64,000 nt of DNA from Ramlibacter sp. (GCA_019449555.1 JAGRPN010000363.1:2884-66883); one strand, 5' to 3'. Positions 32,610 through 42,187 are shown, numbered from the stretch's first letter. Made by a program: numbers and translations. Notes: generated by a model not told the origin, from the sequence alone.

Positions 32610-35600
32610 GCGCGCTCCCGTTTGCGCCGCAGCAGGTCGTCCACCGTCGCGCTCAGTTTGCGCAGGTCGACCGGCTTGGTCATGTGCGCGTCGAAGCCCG
32701 CAGCCAAAGCCTCGCGTTCGTCCGCTTCCTGGCCCCAGCCTGTCGCGGCGATCAGCACCATGCGCTTGCCCCATTCGGTGTCGCGGATCTGGCGCGCGAC
32801 CTCGTGTCCGTTCAGGTCGGGCATGCCGATGTCGAAGATGCCGATGTCGGGCTTCTGACGCCGCGCCTCCCGCAGCGCGTCCTTGCCGCCCTTGACGAGC
32901 GCCGTCGTGAAGCCGGCGATTTCCAGCAGCCGCGCAATGCCCCAGCCCGCGTCGATGTTGTCGTCGGCGATCAGGATCAGGCCGCGCTTGCGCGAGGAAG
33001 CCGTGGCAGCGAGCGCCATCGATGGCGGCGCGACCGGATGCGGCGTGCCGACCGCCCGCGCAGTGGCACGCGCGGCCGGCAGGATGACGCGGAATTCGCT
33101 GCCCTGGCCCAAGCCGGGCGACGAAGCTTCGACGCGCCCGCCGTGCATTTCGACGATGCTCTTGACCAGCGCCAGCCCGATGCCCAGCCCGCCGTGATGC
33201 CCGGCCACCGGCACGGCCTGGGTGAACATCTCGAACATGTGCTCGATCTGGCCGGAGTCCATGCCGACGCCCTTGTCGGCCACACTGATCGCCACCTGCC
33301 CGTCTTCGAGGCGCGCCTTCAGGGCGATCTGGCCGCTGGCCGGCGTGTACTTGATGGCATTCGTGAGCAGGTTCGAGAGCACCTGGCCGAGCCGCAGCGG
33401 GTCCGCGTCGAGCTCTACCGGAAAGGGCGGCAGGTCCACCTTCAATTCATGGCCGGCCGCTTCGAGCAGCGGGTGGGTGGCCTCCAGCGCCGACTGCACG
33501 ACCGAGGTCAGCATGACCGGCTCGCGCTGCAGCTCGAGCCGGCCCAGTTTCAGGCGCGCGACATCCAGCAGGTCGTCCAGCAGCGTCTTCATGGCGCCGG
33601 CCTGCCGCTTGACCACCTGCGCGGCCGAATCGCGGTCGCTGTCCGGCAGCCCTGCCGTCAACAACAGCGCCGCCGCGCTGTCGATGGAGGCGAGCGGGTT
33701 GCGCAACTCGTGCGACAGCACCGCGAGGAACCGGTCCTTGGCCGCATCGGCGGCCTGCAACTCGGTGCGCGCCAGCTCGTTCTGCTCGAGGGCGCGCAAC
33801 AGCTCGGCCTGGCTGCGCTCGAGCGCCTGTTGCGCTTCGCGCGCGGCGCTCTGGTCGCGCAGGATCTTGACGAAGCCCACGGCCTGGCCCTGCGCATCGC
33901 GCATCAGCATCATGGCGCCGCTGGCCCAGAAGCGGGCGCCGTCCTTGCGCTGGTGGAACCGGTCATCGGCGGCGCGCCCGTCCGCGAGCGCCGCCTGCAT
34001 CTCCTTCTCGGGCGCACCGGCCGCGCGGTCTTCCTCGGTGAATATGACGTCCGCCACCCGGCCCAGCGCCTCCTGCTCGGTGTAGCCCAACAGCCGCTGC
34101 GCGCCGCTGTTCCAGATGGTCACCCGGCGCTCCAGGTCGGTCGAGAAGATCGCGAACTCCGTCGCGTTTTCCACCACCAGGCGCAGCCGTTCCTCGCTGG
34201 TGCGCAGCGCTTCGGCCGCCTGCTTCTGCTGCGTGATGTCGCGCGCGATCGCCGTCGCGCCGATCACCTGGTTCTGTGCGTCGCGGATCGGCGAGATGCT
34301 CAGGGCGACATGGATGTCGCTGCCGTCCTTGCGCCGGCGCACCGTCTCGAAATTGCTGATCGGCGTCGCCTCGCGCAAGCGCCTCGTCATCTCGAGCTGT
34401 TCGGCGCCGCGGTCCGGCGCGAGCATCGTGACCGGTTGCCCGATGGCCTCGTCGGCGCTGTAGCCGAACATCCGCTCGGCGCCCGCGTTCCAGCTGAGGA
34501 TCGTGAGATCCATTGCGCAGCTGAGGATCGCATCGGTGGACGAAGCCACCACCGCCGACAGCCACAGGCGCACGTCCTCGGCGCGCTTCCGTTCGGTGAT
34601 GTCGATGAACGAGACCACCACCCCGCCGATGTGGTCGTCCATCGTCCGGTACGGCAACAGGCGCGAGAGGAACCATTTGCCGTCCGGCAGGCCCACTTCG
34701 CGCTCGACCGGCACCAGCCGCTGCAATACGCGCTCGGCATCCGTCCGCAATTGCGGGTAATCGAGCCGGGTGGCCAGATCGGCCAGCGGCCGGCCCAGGT
34801 CGGTGGCGATCAGGTTGAACAGCGCCACCGCGGACGGCGTGTAGCGCGTGATGCGCAGTTCGCGGTCGAGGAAGACCGTCGCGATCGCGGTGGCGTCCAT
34901 CAGGTTGTGGATGTCGCTGTTCGCATGGCTGAGCTCGTCGACCTTGGTCTTGAGCTCCTGGTTGACGGTCGAGAGTTCCTCGTTGATCGACTGCAGTTCT
35001 TCGCGGCTGGTCTCCAGCTCCTCGGTGGCCGAGCGCAATTCCTCGTTCATGGCCTGCAGCTCTTCGTTGCTGGCCTTGAGCTCCTCGGTGGACGCGTCGT
35101 GTTCCTCGACCGTGTCGCGCAGGTGTGTCTTGAGCCGCTCCAGCTCGCGCTCCAGGTGCCGCGCCACCGGGTCGGCCTTGATGCGCTCGGGCTTGGCCGA
35201 AGCCGGCTCCTGCGCGCCGCCCGCCGGCTGGTCGCTGAGCGTGACCATGAACAGCTCGGCGCCGAGATCCTTGACCGGCGACACGCGGACCGCGATGCCC
35301 CGGCTCTCGCCCCCCAATTCGACCGGGCTCACCAGCACTTCCGCAGTGGACTGGGTCTCGGCCGCCTGGTACAGCGCGGCGCGCAATTCGATCCGCAGGC
35401 TGGGGTGCACCGCGCGCAACAGGTTCTTGCTCGGCTCGCCGCCGCTGTACTGCAGGAACCGGCCGGCGCTGGCCGACAGGTGCACGATGTCATGCTCGCC
35501 ATCGACCAGGATCGAAGGCGGCGCGAGCGCCTCGAGCAGCTTGAAATGCAGCTCGCCCCACGACGTGCTGCGCCCTTCCAGCGGCAGCCCGCCGCGTCCC

Positions 35601-37237
35601 ACAACGGCGGCCTGCTGAAACGATCGCGCGGAGATGGCCGGGGCGGTGGACGCGTGCTTGTGCGCTTCCAGCGCCAGGGCCAGCGTGCCCGGACCCACCG
35701 GGATCGGCACCTCGGCGCGGTGGGTGGGACGCTGCATGAAGATGCGATGCTTCTTGTCCAGCACGGAAAACAGCGCGGTGACGTCCTCGATCGATTCGGA
35801 CGAACCCAGGAACAGCAGGCCTTGGGGCCGCAAGGCGAAATGGAAGATGTCGAACAGCCGCTGCTGCGCTTCGCGGTTCAGGTAGATCAGCAGGTTGCGG
35901 CACGAGATCAGGTCCAGCCGCGAAAAGGGCGAGTCCTTCAGCAGGTCGTGCGGCGCGAACAGCACCAGCTCGCGCACTTCGCGCCGCACCTTGTAGCCGC
36001 CGGACTCGCGCACGAAATAGCGGCGCAGCCGGTCCTCGGGCACGTCCGCTTCGATCGTCGCGGGATAGCTGCCTTCGCGCGCCGCCTTGATCGCCTGCTC
36101 GTCCAGGTCGGTTGCGAAGACCTGCAACAGCGGCGGCGCATCGAGCTCGCGCGCTTTTTCCGTCAGCAGGATCGCCAGCGAGTACGCCTCCTCGCCGGTG
36201 GCGCAGGCCGGCACCCAGACCCGGATGGCGTCGTTCGGGCCCTTGCCCTTGAACAGCTCGCCCAGGTGCGCTTCCAGGCCAGCGAACGCGTCGGCATCGC
36301 GGAAGAAATTCGTGACGCTGATCAGCAGGTCCTGCAACAGGGCCCCGGCCTCGCCCGGGCGCGTGCGCAGGCAAGCCAGGTAGGCGGGCATGTCGGCGAC
36401 GCCGTTGACCTGCATGCGGCGCGCGATGCGGCGCACGACGGTGGCGCGCTTGTAGCAGGAGAAATCGCGGCCGGTGCGGGTGCGCAGGAAATTCAGCACG
36501 TCGCGCAGCGCGGCTTCCTCCGGCGGCATGGCCGGCTGCGCCGGCGGCGCTGCCGGGGGTGTGTCCTCCTCCGGCGGCAATTTCAATTGCTTCTCGATGC
36601 GGAAATACTGCAGCAGCTGCGGCCCCATCTCGGCGACCGGCAGCACCCAGTCCACCATCCCGGTGGCGATCGCCGAGCGCGGCATGCTGGCGTGCTCGGC
36701 CTCCTCGGGATCCTGCGCGACCGTGAGGCCGCCGCGTTCCTTGATGCGCTTGATGCCGATCGCCCCGTCGCCATCGGCGCCCGACAGCACGATGGCCGCC
36801 GCATGCGGGCCGTGAGTGTCGGCCAGCGTGCGGAAGAAATGATCGACCGACACATGCCGCCCGCGCGGGCTGGCCGGTTCGTCCGCCAGAGTCAGCGAGC
36901 CGTCCAGCGCGCGGATGAGTTTGCCCGGCGGGATGACGTAGACGTTGTTCGGCGCGACGCGCATGCTCTCGTTGACCTGGTGCACGGGCATCGCAGTGCA
37001 GCGCTGCAGGATTTCCGGCAGCGTGCTGACGTGCTCCGGCGACAGATGCATGATCACGACGAACGCCTGGCCGGAGTCGGCGGGCATCGCCTTGAAGAAA
37101 GCCTGGAGCGCGGGGATGGCACCGGCGGAGCCTCCCAGGCCGACCAGGGGCGTCATCTGGTAGCCCCGCGTGGGCACCACGTTATCGATGAGATCGGCCA
37201 GCTCTTCCTCAGCGTGGTCGGGATTCAGTTCGGACAT
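32606..37237 (-). CDS. CheB-CheR-coiled coil-multi-PAS-histidine kinase-receiver hybrid protein (1543 aa)
   Basis: CheB GGSAG/MHLSP/SGADGDG, CheR PACATGEEAYS and CRNLLIY, xEEL heptads, three PAS-like blocks, H-box LSHELRNPL, receiver ADDN..DIGMPDLNG..KP. Confidence 0.92.
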   Translation of the reverse strand: MSELNPDHAEEELADLIDNVVPTRGYQMTPLVGLGGSAGAIPALQAFFKAMPADSGQAFVVIMHLSPEHVSTLPEILQRCTAMPVHQVNESMRVAPNNVYVIPPGKLIRALDGSLTLADEPASPRGRHVSVDHFFRTLADTHGPHAAAIVLSGADGDGAIGIKRIKERGGLTVAQDPEEAEHASMPRSAIATGMVDWVLPVAEMGPQLLQYFRIEKQLKLPPEEDTPPAAPPAQPAMPPEEAALRDVLNFLRTRTGRDFSCYKRATVVRRIARRMQVNGVADMPAYLACLRTRPGEAGALLQDLLISVTNFFRDADAFAGLEAHLGELFKGKGPNDAIRVWVPACATGEEAYSLAILLTEKARELDAPPLLQVFATDLDEQAIKAAREGSYPATIEADVPEDRLRRYFVRESGGYKVRREVRELVLFAPHDLLKDSPFSRLDLISCRNLLIYLNREAQQRLFDIFHFALRPQGLLFLGSSESIEDVTALFSVLDKKHRIFMQRPTHRAEVPIPVGPGTLALALEAHKHASTAPAISARSFQQAAVVGRGGLPLEGRSTSWGELHFKLLEALAPPSILVDGEHDIVHLSASAGRFLQYSGGEPSKNLLRAVHPSLRIELRAALYQAAETQSTAEVLVSPVELGGESRGIAVRVSPVKDLGAELFMVTLSDQPAGGAQEPASAKPERIKADPVARHLERELERLKTHLRDTVEEHDASTEELKASNEELQAMNEELRSATEELETSREELQSINEELSTVNQELKTKVDELSHANSDIHNLMDATAIATVFLDRELRITRYTPSAVALFNLIATDLGRPLADLATRLDYPQLRTDAERVLQRLVPVEREVGLPDGKWFLSRLLPYRTMDDHIGGVVVSFIDITERKRAEDVRLWLSAVVASSTDAILSCAMDLTILSWNAGAERMFGYSADEAIGQPVTMLAPDRGAEQLEMTRRLREATPISNFETVRRRKDGSDIHVALSISPIRDAQNQVIGATAIARDITQQKQAAEALRTSEERLRLVVENATEFAIFSTDLERRVTIWNSGAQRLLGYTEQEALGRVADVIFTEEDRAAGAPEKEMQAALADGRAADDRFHQRKDGARFWASGAMMLMRDAQGQAVGFVKILRDQSAAREAQQALERSQAELLRALEQNELARTELQAADAAKDRFLAVLSHELRNPLASIDSAAALLLTAGLPDSDRDSAAQVVKRQAGAMKTLLDDLLDVARLKLGRLELQREPVMLTSVVQSALEATHPLLEAAGHELKVDLPPFPVELDADPLRLGQVLSNLLTNAIKYTPASGQIALKARLEDGQVAISVADKGVGMDSGQIEHMFEMFTQAVPVAGHHGGLGIGLALVKSIVEMHGGRVEASSPGLGQGSEFRVILPAARATARAVGTPHPVAPPSMALAATASSRKRGLILIADDNIDAGWGIARLLEIAGFTTALVKGGKDALREARRQKPDIGIFDIGMPDLNGHEVARQIRDTEWGKRMVLIAATGWGQEADEREALAAGFDAHMTKPVDLRKLSATVDDLLRRKRERA

Positions 37238-37262
37238 CCTGCCCTCGGTGGGGGAGGACGGA

Positions 37263-38249
37263 TTATGCGCTGTTCATTTCTCCCTCGACAAGCCGGCTGA
37301 GCAGGTGCGCCTGATCGCGCACTCGGTCGGCTTGGCGCTGGCCGGCCTGCGCCTGCACCGGGTCGCCGGTGGCCTCGGCCACGGCTGCCATGCGGCGCAG
37401 CAGGATCTCGCGTTCCTGCAGCGCCCGCACGCTGCTCCACAGGGCCTGCTCGGCCTGCTCGGTCTGGGCGCTTTCCAGCGTGCCGACCGTGAACGCATGG
37501 CCCGTATGGCAGCGGTAGCGCAAGGGTTGCGCCTCGTTGAGTTCCCACAGCCCCCCGCCGCAGTCGGGACAGGACAGCCCCGACGGCTTGCCGGCCGCCG
37601 ACAGGTTTTCCATGACGTGTTTCCCTTCGAAAAGCGCCTGCTCCCGCTGGAGCTGGGCCGGATGCGGCTGCGCCGGCGCGGCAGCATCCTGGCCTACGAG
37701 CTGCACCAAGGTCGCGGCAATCTCCCCGATCGCCAGCGTGTAGTCCACCGACACGTTGCGCAACGCGCTGGCGGGCATGCTTGGTGCCACCGCCGTGACT
37801 GGGTCCTGCACGATGGCCGTGCCCCCGCACTGCTTGATCGCCGCCAGCCCGGCCGTGCCGTCGTCCAGGTCGCCGGTGAGGACGACACCGATCGCGCGAT
37901 CGCACCAGGCCAGCGCGGCCGAGCGGAACAACGGGTCGATCGCCGGGCGCGCATGGTTCTCGCGCGCTCCACGGCCGAGCAGCGCCCGGTCTTCCGTGAA
38001 CGTCATGTGATGGTCGGGCGGCGCGACATAGATCGTGCCGGGCACCAGCGCCTGCCCGTGTTGCGGATGCACGGCAGGCAAGGCGCCGCGCCGCTCCAGC
38101 AACTGCGGCAGGATGCTGTGCCGGCTGCCCACGTGCAGCACGATGCCGATCACCGCGTCCATGGCCTTCGGCAGTCCCGCCACCAATTCGAGCAGCGCCG
38201 CCACGCCCCCGGCGGAGGCGCCGATCACGATGGCATGCGGTCGATTCAC
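37263..38249 (-). CDS. Stand-alone CheB-type methylesterase without receiver domain, with Cys/His-rich C-terminal domain
   Basis: IGASAGG, VLHVG, RPAIDPLFRSAA, LTGDLDDGTAG, C-terminal CPDCGG...YRCHTGH. Confidence 0.88.
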   Translation of the reverse strand: MNRPHAIVIGASAGGVAALLELVAGLPKAMDAVIGIVLHVGSRHSILPQLLERRGALPAVHPQHGQALVPGTIYVAPPDHHMTFTEDRALLGRGARENHARPAIDPLFRSAALAWCDRAIGVVLTGDLDDGTAGLAAIKQCGGTAIVQDPVTAVAPSMPASALRNVSVDYTLAIGEIAATLVQLVGQDAAAPAQPHPAQLQREQALFEGKHVMENLSAAGKPSGLSCPDCGGGLWELNEAQPLRYRCHTGHAFTVGTLESAQTEQAEQALWSSVRALQEREILLRRMAAVAEATGDPVQAQAGQRQADRVRDQAHLLSRLVEGEMNSA

Positions 38250-38414
38250 ACGGGGAACTCTTTCTGTGGCCCGACTGATTCTGCGCGGATTCCCGCGTTT
38301 TGAAATGCAGAGCAGGTTGCGTAGCCGCCGTCCGACATGGCGCTGCCGCTCCTTCCGACGCCCGGCTCATGCCTCGGGCGCGAGACTGGGCTGAACCACC
38401 ACGAAGGAACATCG

Positions 38415-38747
38415 ATGGCACACAGCAGCATCCTGGGCGCGGACGTCGCGGCCAGACAACCCAGCGGCCGCGGCGCGGACGTGCTGGGCCCGAGCGACAA
38501 CTCGGATAGCGGCAGCGACGCCATGGGCACCGACGAACTGCACGAGGACAGCGACGCCGCCGGCACCGGCGAACGCGGCGCGGTCGTCGGCAGTGACGCG
38601 CGCGAAGGCGGCGACATCCTGCCGGATCGCGTGACGCGCCTGCCCGAAGGCGACGGTTTCCCGGAAGCGGACCCCGATAGCGAGGAACTCGCGGACGTCG
38701 ACTCCGAAGACAAGGGCGACGAAGAATCCGAGCGGCGGCGCCGCTGA
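38415..38747 (+). CDS. Small very acidic hypothetical protein (110 aa)
   Basis: AAGGA RBS upstream. LGPSDNSDSGSD motif, Asp/Glu-rich, divergent from cheB. Confidence 0.7.
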   Translation: MAHSSILGADVAARQPSGRGADVLGPSDNSDSGSDAMGTDELHEDSDAAGTGERGAVVGSDAREGGDILPDRVTRLPEGDGFPEADPDSEELADVDSEDKGDEESERRRR

Positions 38748-38756
38748 CGGGCTCGC

Positions 38757-39674
38757 CTACCGCACCAACGTCGAAGCCCCAAACAGGCTCTGCACGAATT
38801 CCACCGCGAGTTCGGCAGTGCGGTTGCGCACGTCCAGCGCGGGATTGATCTCGACCACGTCGAGCGAACCGAGCTGGCCCGTGTCGGCGATCATCTCCAT
38901 GCACAGCTGCATCTCGCGATAGGTGGGACCGCCGCGCACGCCGGTGCCCACGCCGGGCGCCTCCAGCGGGTCGAGGCAATCGAGGTCGAAGCTCACGTGC
39001 AGGTGCGTGTCCTCGTCCACGCCGTGCAGCGCTTCGGTCATCGTGTTGCGCATGCCGTGCTCGTCGATGTGGCGCATGTCGAACACCTGCAGGCCCAGGA
39101 GCCGGATCGCCTGTTTTTCCTCCGCATCGACGCTGCGGATGCCGATGAAATCGATGTCCTCGGGCGTGATCGCCGCGCGCTGGCCGCTCCAGCCGACCAG
39201 CGCGTCGGGCCCGTGGCCCAGCAGGCAGGCCACGGGCATGCCGTGCAGGTTGCCCGAGGGACTGATGGCCTCGGTGTTGACGTCCGTGTGGGCATCCATC
39301 CAGATCACCCGCAGGTTCTTCTTCTCCTGGCGGCAGTAGCGCGCGACGGCGCTGATCGAGCCGATCGCCAGGCAATGATCGCCGCCCATCAGCAGCGGCA
39401 CATGGCCGTTGGCGAGCGACTGCGTGACCGCCTCGAACACCGAGCGGTTCCACGCGACCACTTCGTCCAGGTGGCGCAAGCCGCCGCTGGGCGCGGCCCA
39501 GGGATTGGCGGGGCCCGCGAGATTGCCTTCGTCGACCACGTTGAGCTTGTGCAAGCGCAGCGAGTCCACCAGTCCGGCCACGCGCAGCGCGTCGGGGCCC
39601 ATGCCGGCGCCGCGCACGCTCGCGCCCACGTCGGTCGGCGCGCCGATCAGGCTCACTGTTTTCATCCCGTTCAT
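38757..39674 (-). CDS. rocF: Arginase
   Basis: GGDHCLAIGS, WMDAHTDVN, SGNLHGMP, HVSFDLDCLDP, GTGVRGG, VEINP. Start 39674 or 39665. Confidence 0.92.
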   Translation of the reverse strand: MNGMKTVSLIGAPTDVGASVRGAGMGPDALRVAGLVDSLRLHKLNVVDEGNLAGPANPWAAPSGGLRHLDEVVAWNRSVFEAVTQSLANGHVPLLMGGDHCLAIGSISAVARYCRQEKKNLRVIWMDAHTDVNTEAISPSGNLHGMPVACLLGHGPDALVGWSGQRAAITPEDIDFIGIRSVDAEEKQAIRLLGLQVFDMRHIDEHGMRNTMTEALHGVDEDTHLHVSFDLDCLDPLEAPGVGTGVRGGPTYREMQLCMEMIADTGQLGSLDVVEINPALDVRNRTAELAVEFVQSLFGASTLVR

Positions 39675-39854
39675 TTTGGTGTGGCCCAAGCTGTTCCGGG
39701 GCTGCGAGCATGCTACAGGATGCATCGCCGGCGCGGCGCGGGAATGCGCCTTGCCGCATCGACTGCTACTCGTCAACAAACAACGGCGCCGTCAGCCGTG
39801 CCGCTTGATTCACTAGCTGGTTAAAATTTTGCAGCTGTACTTCGGGATCCCGCC

Positions 39855-40877
39855 ATGAACCTGCCCGCGCGTTTCGACGATGTCGCCCACCTCGAGGAGG
39901 TGATGAGCCGGCCCTCCGAGGACCTGGTCACCGAGCTGGAGCGCGCGCCGGGCGACATCATGGTGCTGGGCGTGGGCGGCAAGATGGGCCCGACGCTCGC
40001 GCGCATGGCCCAGCGCGCGGCGCCCGGCCGGCGCGTGATCGGCGTCGCGCGTTTTTCGCAGCCGGGCTTGCGCGGCGAACTCGAGCAGCACGGCATCGAG
40101 TGCATCGAAGCCGACCTGCTCTCGCGCGACGCGCTGGAGCGCCTGCCCGAGCCGGCCAACATCGTCTTCATGGCCGGGCGCAAGTTCGGCTCGACCGGCA
40201 GCGAATGGCTCACCTGGGCGATGAACGCTTATGTGCCAGCCCTGGTGGCGGAGCGGTTCGCGCAATCGCGCATCGTGGCGTTTTCCACCGCGTGTGTTTA
40301 TCCGTTCGTCGGCACGGCCGGCAACGGCGCGACCGAGGACATGCCGCCCACGGCGCCTTCGGGCGAATACGCGAACTCCTGTGTCGCACGCGAGCGCATG
40401 TTCCAGCATTTCTCGCACGAATACGCGACGCCCGGCCGGCTGCTGCGCCTGTCGTACGCGATCGACATGCGCTACGGCGTGCTGCACGACGTGGCGCACA
40501 AGGTGCTGCACGGGGAGCCGATCGATCTGGCCATGGGGCATGCGAACGTCATCTGGCAAGGCGATGCGAACGACTGGGCCTTGCGCTCGCTGGCACATTG
40601 CGACACGCCGACCTCGCCCTTGAACCTGAGCGGACCGAAGATCAGCATTCGCGACGTCGCGACGCGCCTGGGCGAACGGCTGGGCCGGCCGCCGGTGCTG
40701 CAGGGCCAGGAGGCCGCCACCGCCTGGCTGGTCGATTGCAGCGAAGCGTTCCGGCTGTTCGGCCCGCCGCAAGTGAGCCTCGACCGCATGCTCGATTGGA
40801 CCGCGGATTGGGTGCAGCGCGGCGGCGCCAGCCTGGGCAAGCCGACGCACTACGAAGCGCGCGACGGGAAGTATTGA
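39855..40877 (+). CDS. NAD-dependent epimerase/dehydratase family protein
   Basis: LGVGGKMG nucleotide-binding motif, FMAGRKFG, FSTACVY, YANSC, YGVLHD. Confidence 0.82.
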   Translation: MNLPARFDDVAHLEEVMSRPSEDLVTELERAPGDIMVLGVGGKMGPTLARMAQRAAPGRRVIGVARFSQPGLRGELEQHGIECIEADLLSRDALERLPEPANIVFMAGRKFGSTGSEWLTWAMNAYVPALVAERFAQSRIVAFSTACVYPFVGTAGNGATEDMPPTAPSGEYANSCVARERMFQHFSHEYATPGRLLRLSYAIDMRYGVLHDVAHKVLHGEPIDLAMGHANVIWQGDANDWALRSLAHCDTPTSPLNLSGPKISIRDVATRLGERLGRPPVLQGQEAATAWLVDCSEAFRLFGPPQVSLDRMLDWTADWVQRGGASLGKPTHYEARDGKY

Positions 40878-40880
40878 GAC

Positions 40881-40952
40881 TTTGCGGGACAGATCGAGTT
40901 TGAGATCTTGTGGGACAGATCAAGAATTGCTTCAGCAATTTTGCTCTGTCCC
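40881..40952. repeat. REP-like hairpin with duplicated GGGACAGATC arm
   Basis: GGGACAGATC at 40886 and 40912, inverted TCTGTCCC at 40945-40952, inner palindrome AATTGCT-TC-AGCAATT (40925-40940). Confidence 0.6.
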
Positions 40953-41047
40953 CAACACTCTGGGTAGCGAGGGGGCGCCGCCAACGGACCGTCAAACCCG
41001 GTTCCGCGGCGACGCTGGAAAAGGCACGTTGATCGGAGATGTACTCT

Positions 41048-42115
41048 ATGCACTGGTCCGAAATTCCTCCCGACTCGCTGGCCGTGCTGCGCCGCGGGGC
41101 AGTGATCCCGGCGCACCTGCTGGCGCTGGATGCGAACCGCCGGCTCGACGAGCGGCGCCAGCGCGCGATGACGCGTTACTACCTGGACGCCGGTGCGGGC
41201 GGCGTGGCGGTGGGCGTGCATTCGACGCAGTTCGCGATCCGTGAGGTGGGCCTGTACGAGCCGGTGCTCGCGCTCGCAATGCAAACGGCGCGCGAATGGG
41301 AGCCGCTGGGCGGGCGCCGGCCGCTGTTCATGGTCGGTGGGCTGGCGGGCAACACGCAACAGGCGGTCCGCGAGGCCGCGATCGCGCGCGGCCTCGGCTA
41401 TCACGCCGGCCTCTTGAGCCTGGCCGCGATGAAAGGCGCCAGCGAAGAAGAACTGGTAGCCCATTGCCGGGCCGTGGCCGACGTCATGCCGCTGGTAGGC
41501 TTCTACCTGCAGCCCGCGGTGGGCGGCATCCACCTGGCGGCTAGCTTCTGGCGCCGCTTCGCCGCGATCGAGAACGTCGCGGCGATCAAGATGGCGCCGT
41601 TCAACCGCTATCGCACGCTCGACGTGATCCGCGGGGTGGTCGCGGCCGGCGCCGAGGAACGCGTCACGCTCTACACCGGCAACGACGACCACATCGTGCT
41701 GGACCTGCTGGCGCCGTTCACGTTGATGCGCAACGGCCAGCCGGTGACCGTGCGGATCAAAGGCGGCTTGCTGGGCCACTGGAGCGTCTGGACGAAACGC
41801 GCGGTGGAACTGCTCGAGCGCATCCACGCCGCCGTCGCGAGCGGCACCGTGACGCCGGAACTGCTGGCGCTGGACGCGCAGGTCACCGATTGCAATGGCG
41901 CCCTGTTCGATGTCGCACACGATTTCCACGGCTGCATCGCCGGCTGCCATGAAGTGCTGCGGCGCCAGGGCTTGCTGGAGGGCACGTGGTGCCTCGACCG
42001 GGCCGAGGGCCTCAGCCCCGGCCAGGCGGCGGAACTCGATCGGGTACGCGCCGACTACCCGCACCTCGTCGACGACGATTTCGTCGCGCAGCACCGCGAT
42101 CGCTGGCTGGCGTAG
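41048..42115 (+). CDS. Dihydrodipicolinate synthase / class I aldolase superfamily protein of unknown substrate
   Basis: GVAVGVHSTQF, GFYLQ, IKMAPFNRY (candidate Schiff-base Lys), YTGNDD. GGAG RBS 9 nt upstream. Confidence 0.8.
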   Translation: MHWSEIPPDSLAVLRRGAVIPAHLLALDANRRLDERRQRAMTRYYLDAGAGGVAVGVHSTQFAIREVGLYEPVLALAMQTAREWEPLGGRRPLFMVGGLAGNTQQAVREAAIARGLGYHAGLLSLAAMKGASEEELVAHCRAVADVMPLVGFYLQPAVGGIHLAASFWRRFAAIENVAAIKMAPFNRYRTLDVIRGVVAAGAEERVTLYTGNDDHIVLDLLAPFTLMRNGQPVTVRIKGGLLGHWSVWTKRAVELLERIHAAVASGTVTPELLALDAQVTDCNGALFDVAHDFHGCIAGCHEVLRRQGLLEGTWCLDRAEGLSPGQAAELDRVRADYPHLVDDDFVAQHRDRWLA

Positions 42116-42121
42116 GCGCCG

Positions 42122-42187
42122 TTGCGGGCTCGACCCGCAAATGCATAGACCCCCGCCGCGCCTGCAGCGCCTTTGCCTTGCGGCAAA
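42122..42187. other. Two short hairpins downstream of the aldolase gene
   Basis: TTGCGGG-CTCGA-CCCGCAA (42122-42140) and TTTGCC-TTGC-GGCAAA (42172-42187). Role unclear. Confidence 0.35.

Noticed and set aside
32600-37300. 1566-aa plus-strand ORF, and many other long antisense or alternate-frame ORFs (e.g. 799-3060, 18036-20768, 21106-23448, 47785-50286)
   Set aside because: These are shadow ORFs expected at about 70% GC. They lack motifs and lie opposite or over well-supported genes.
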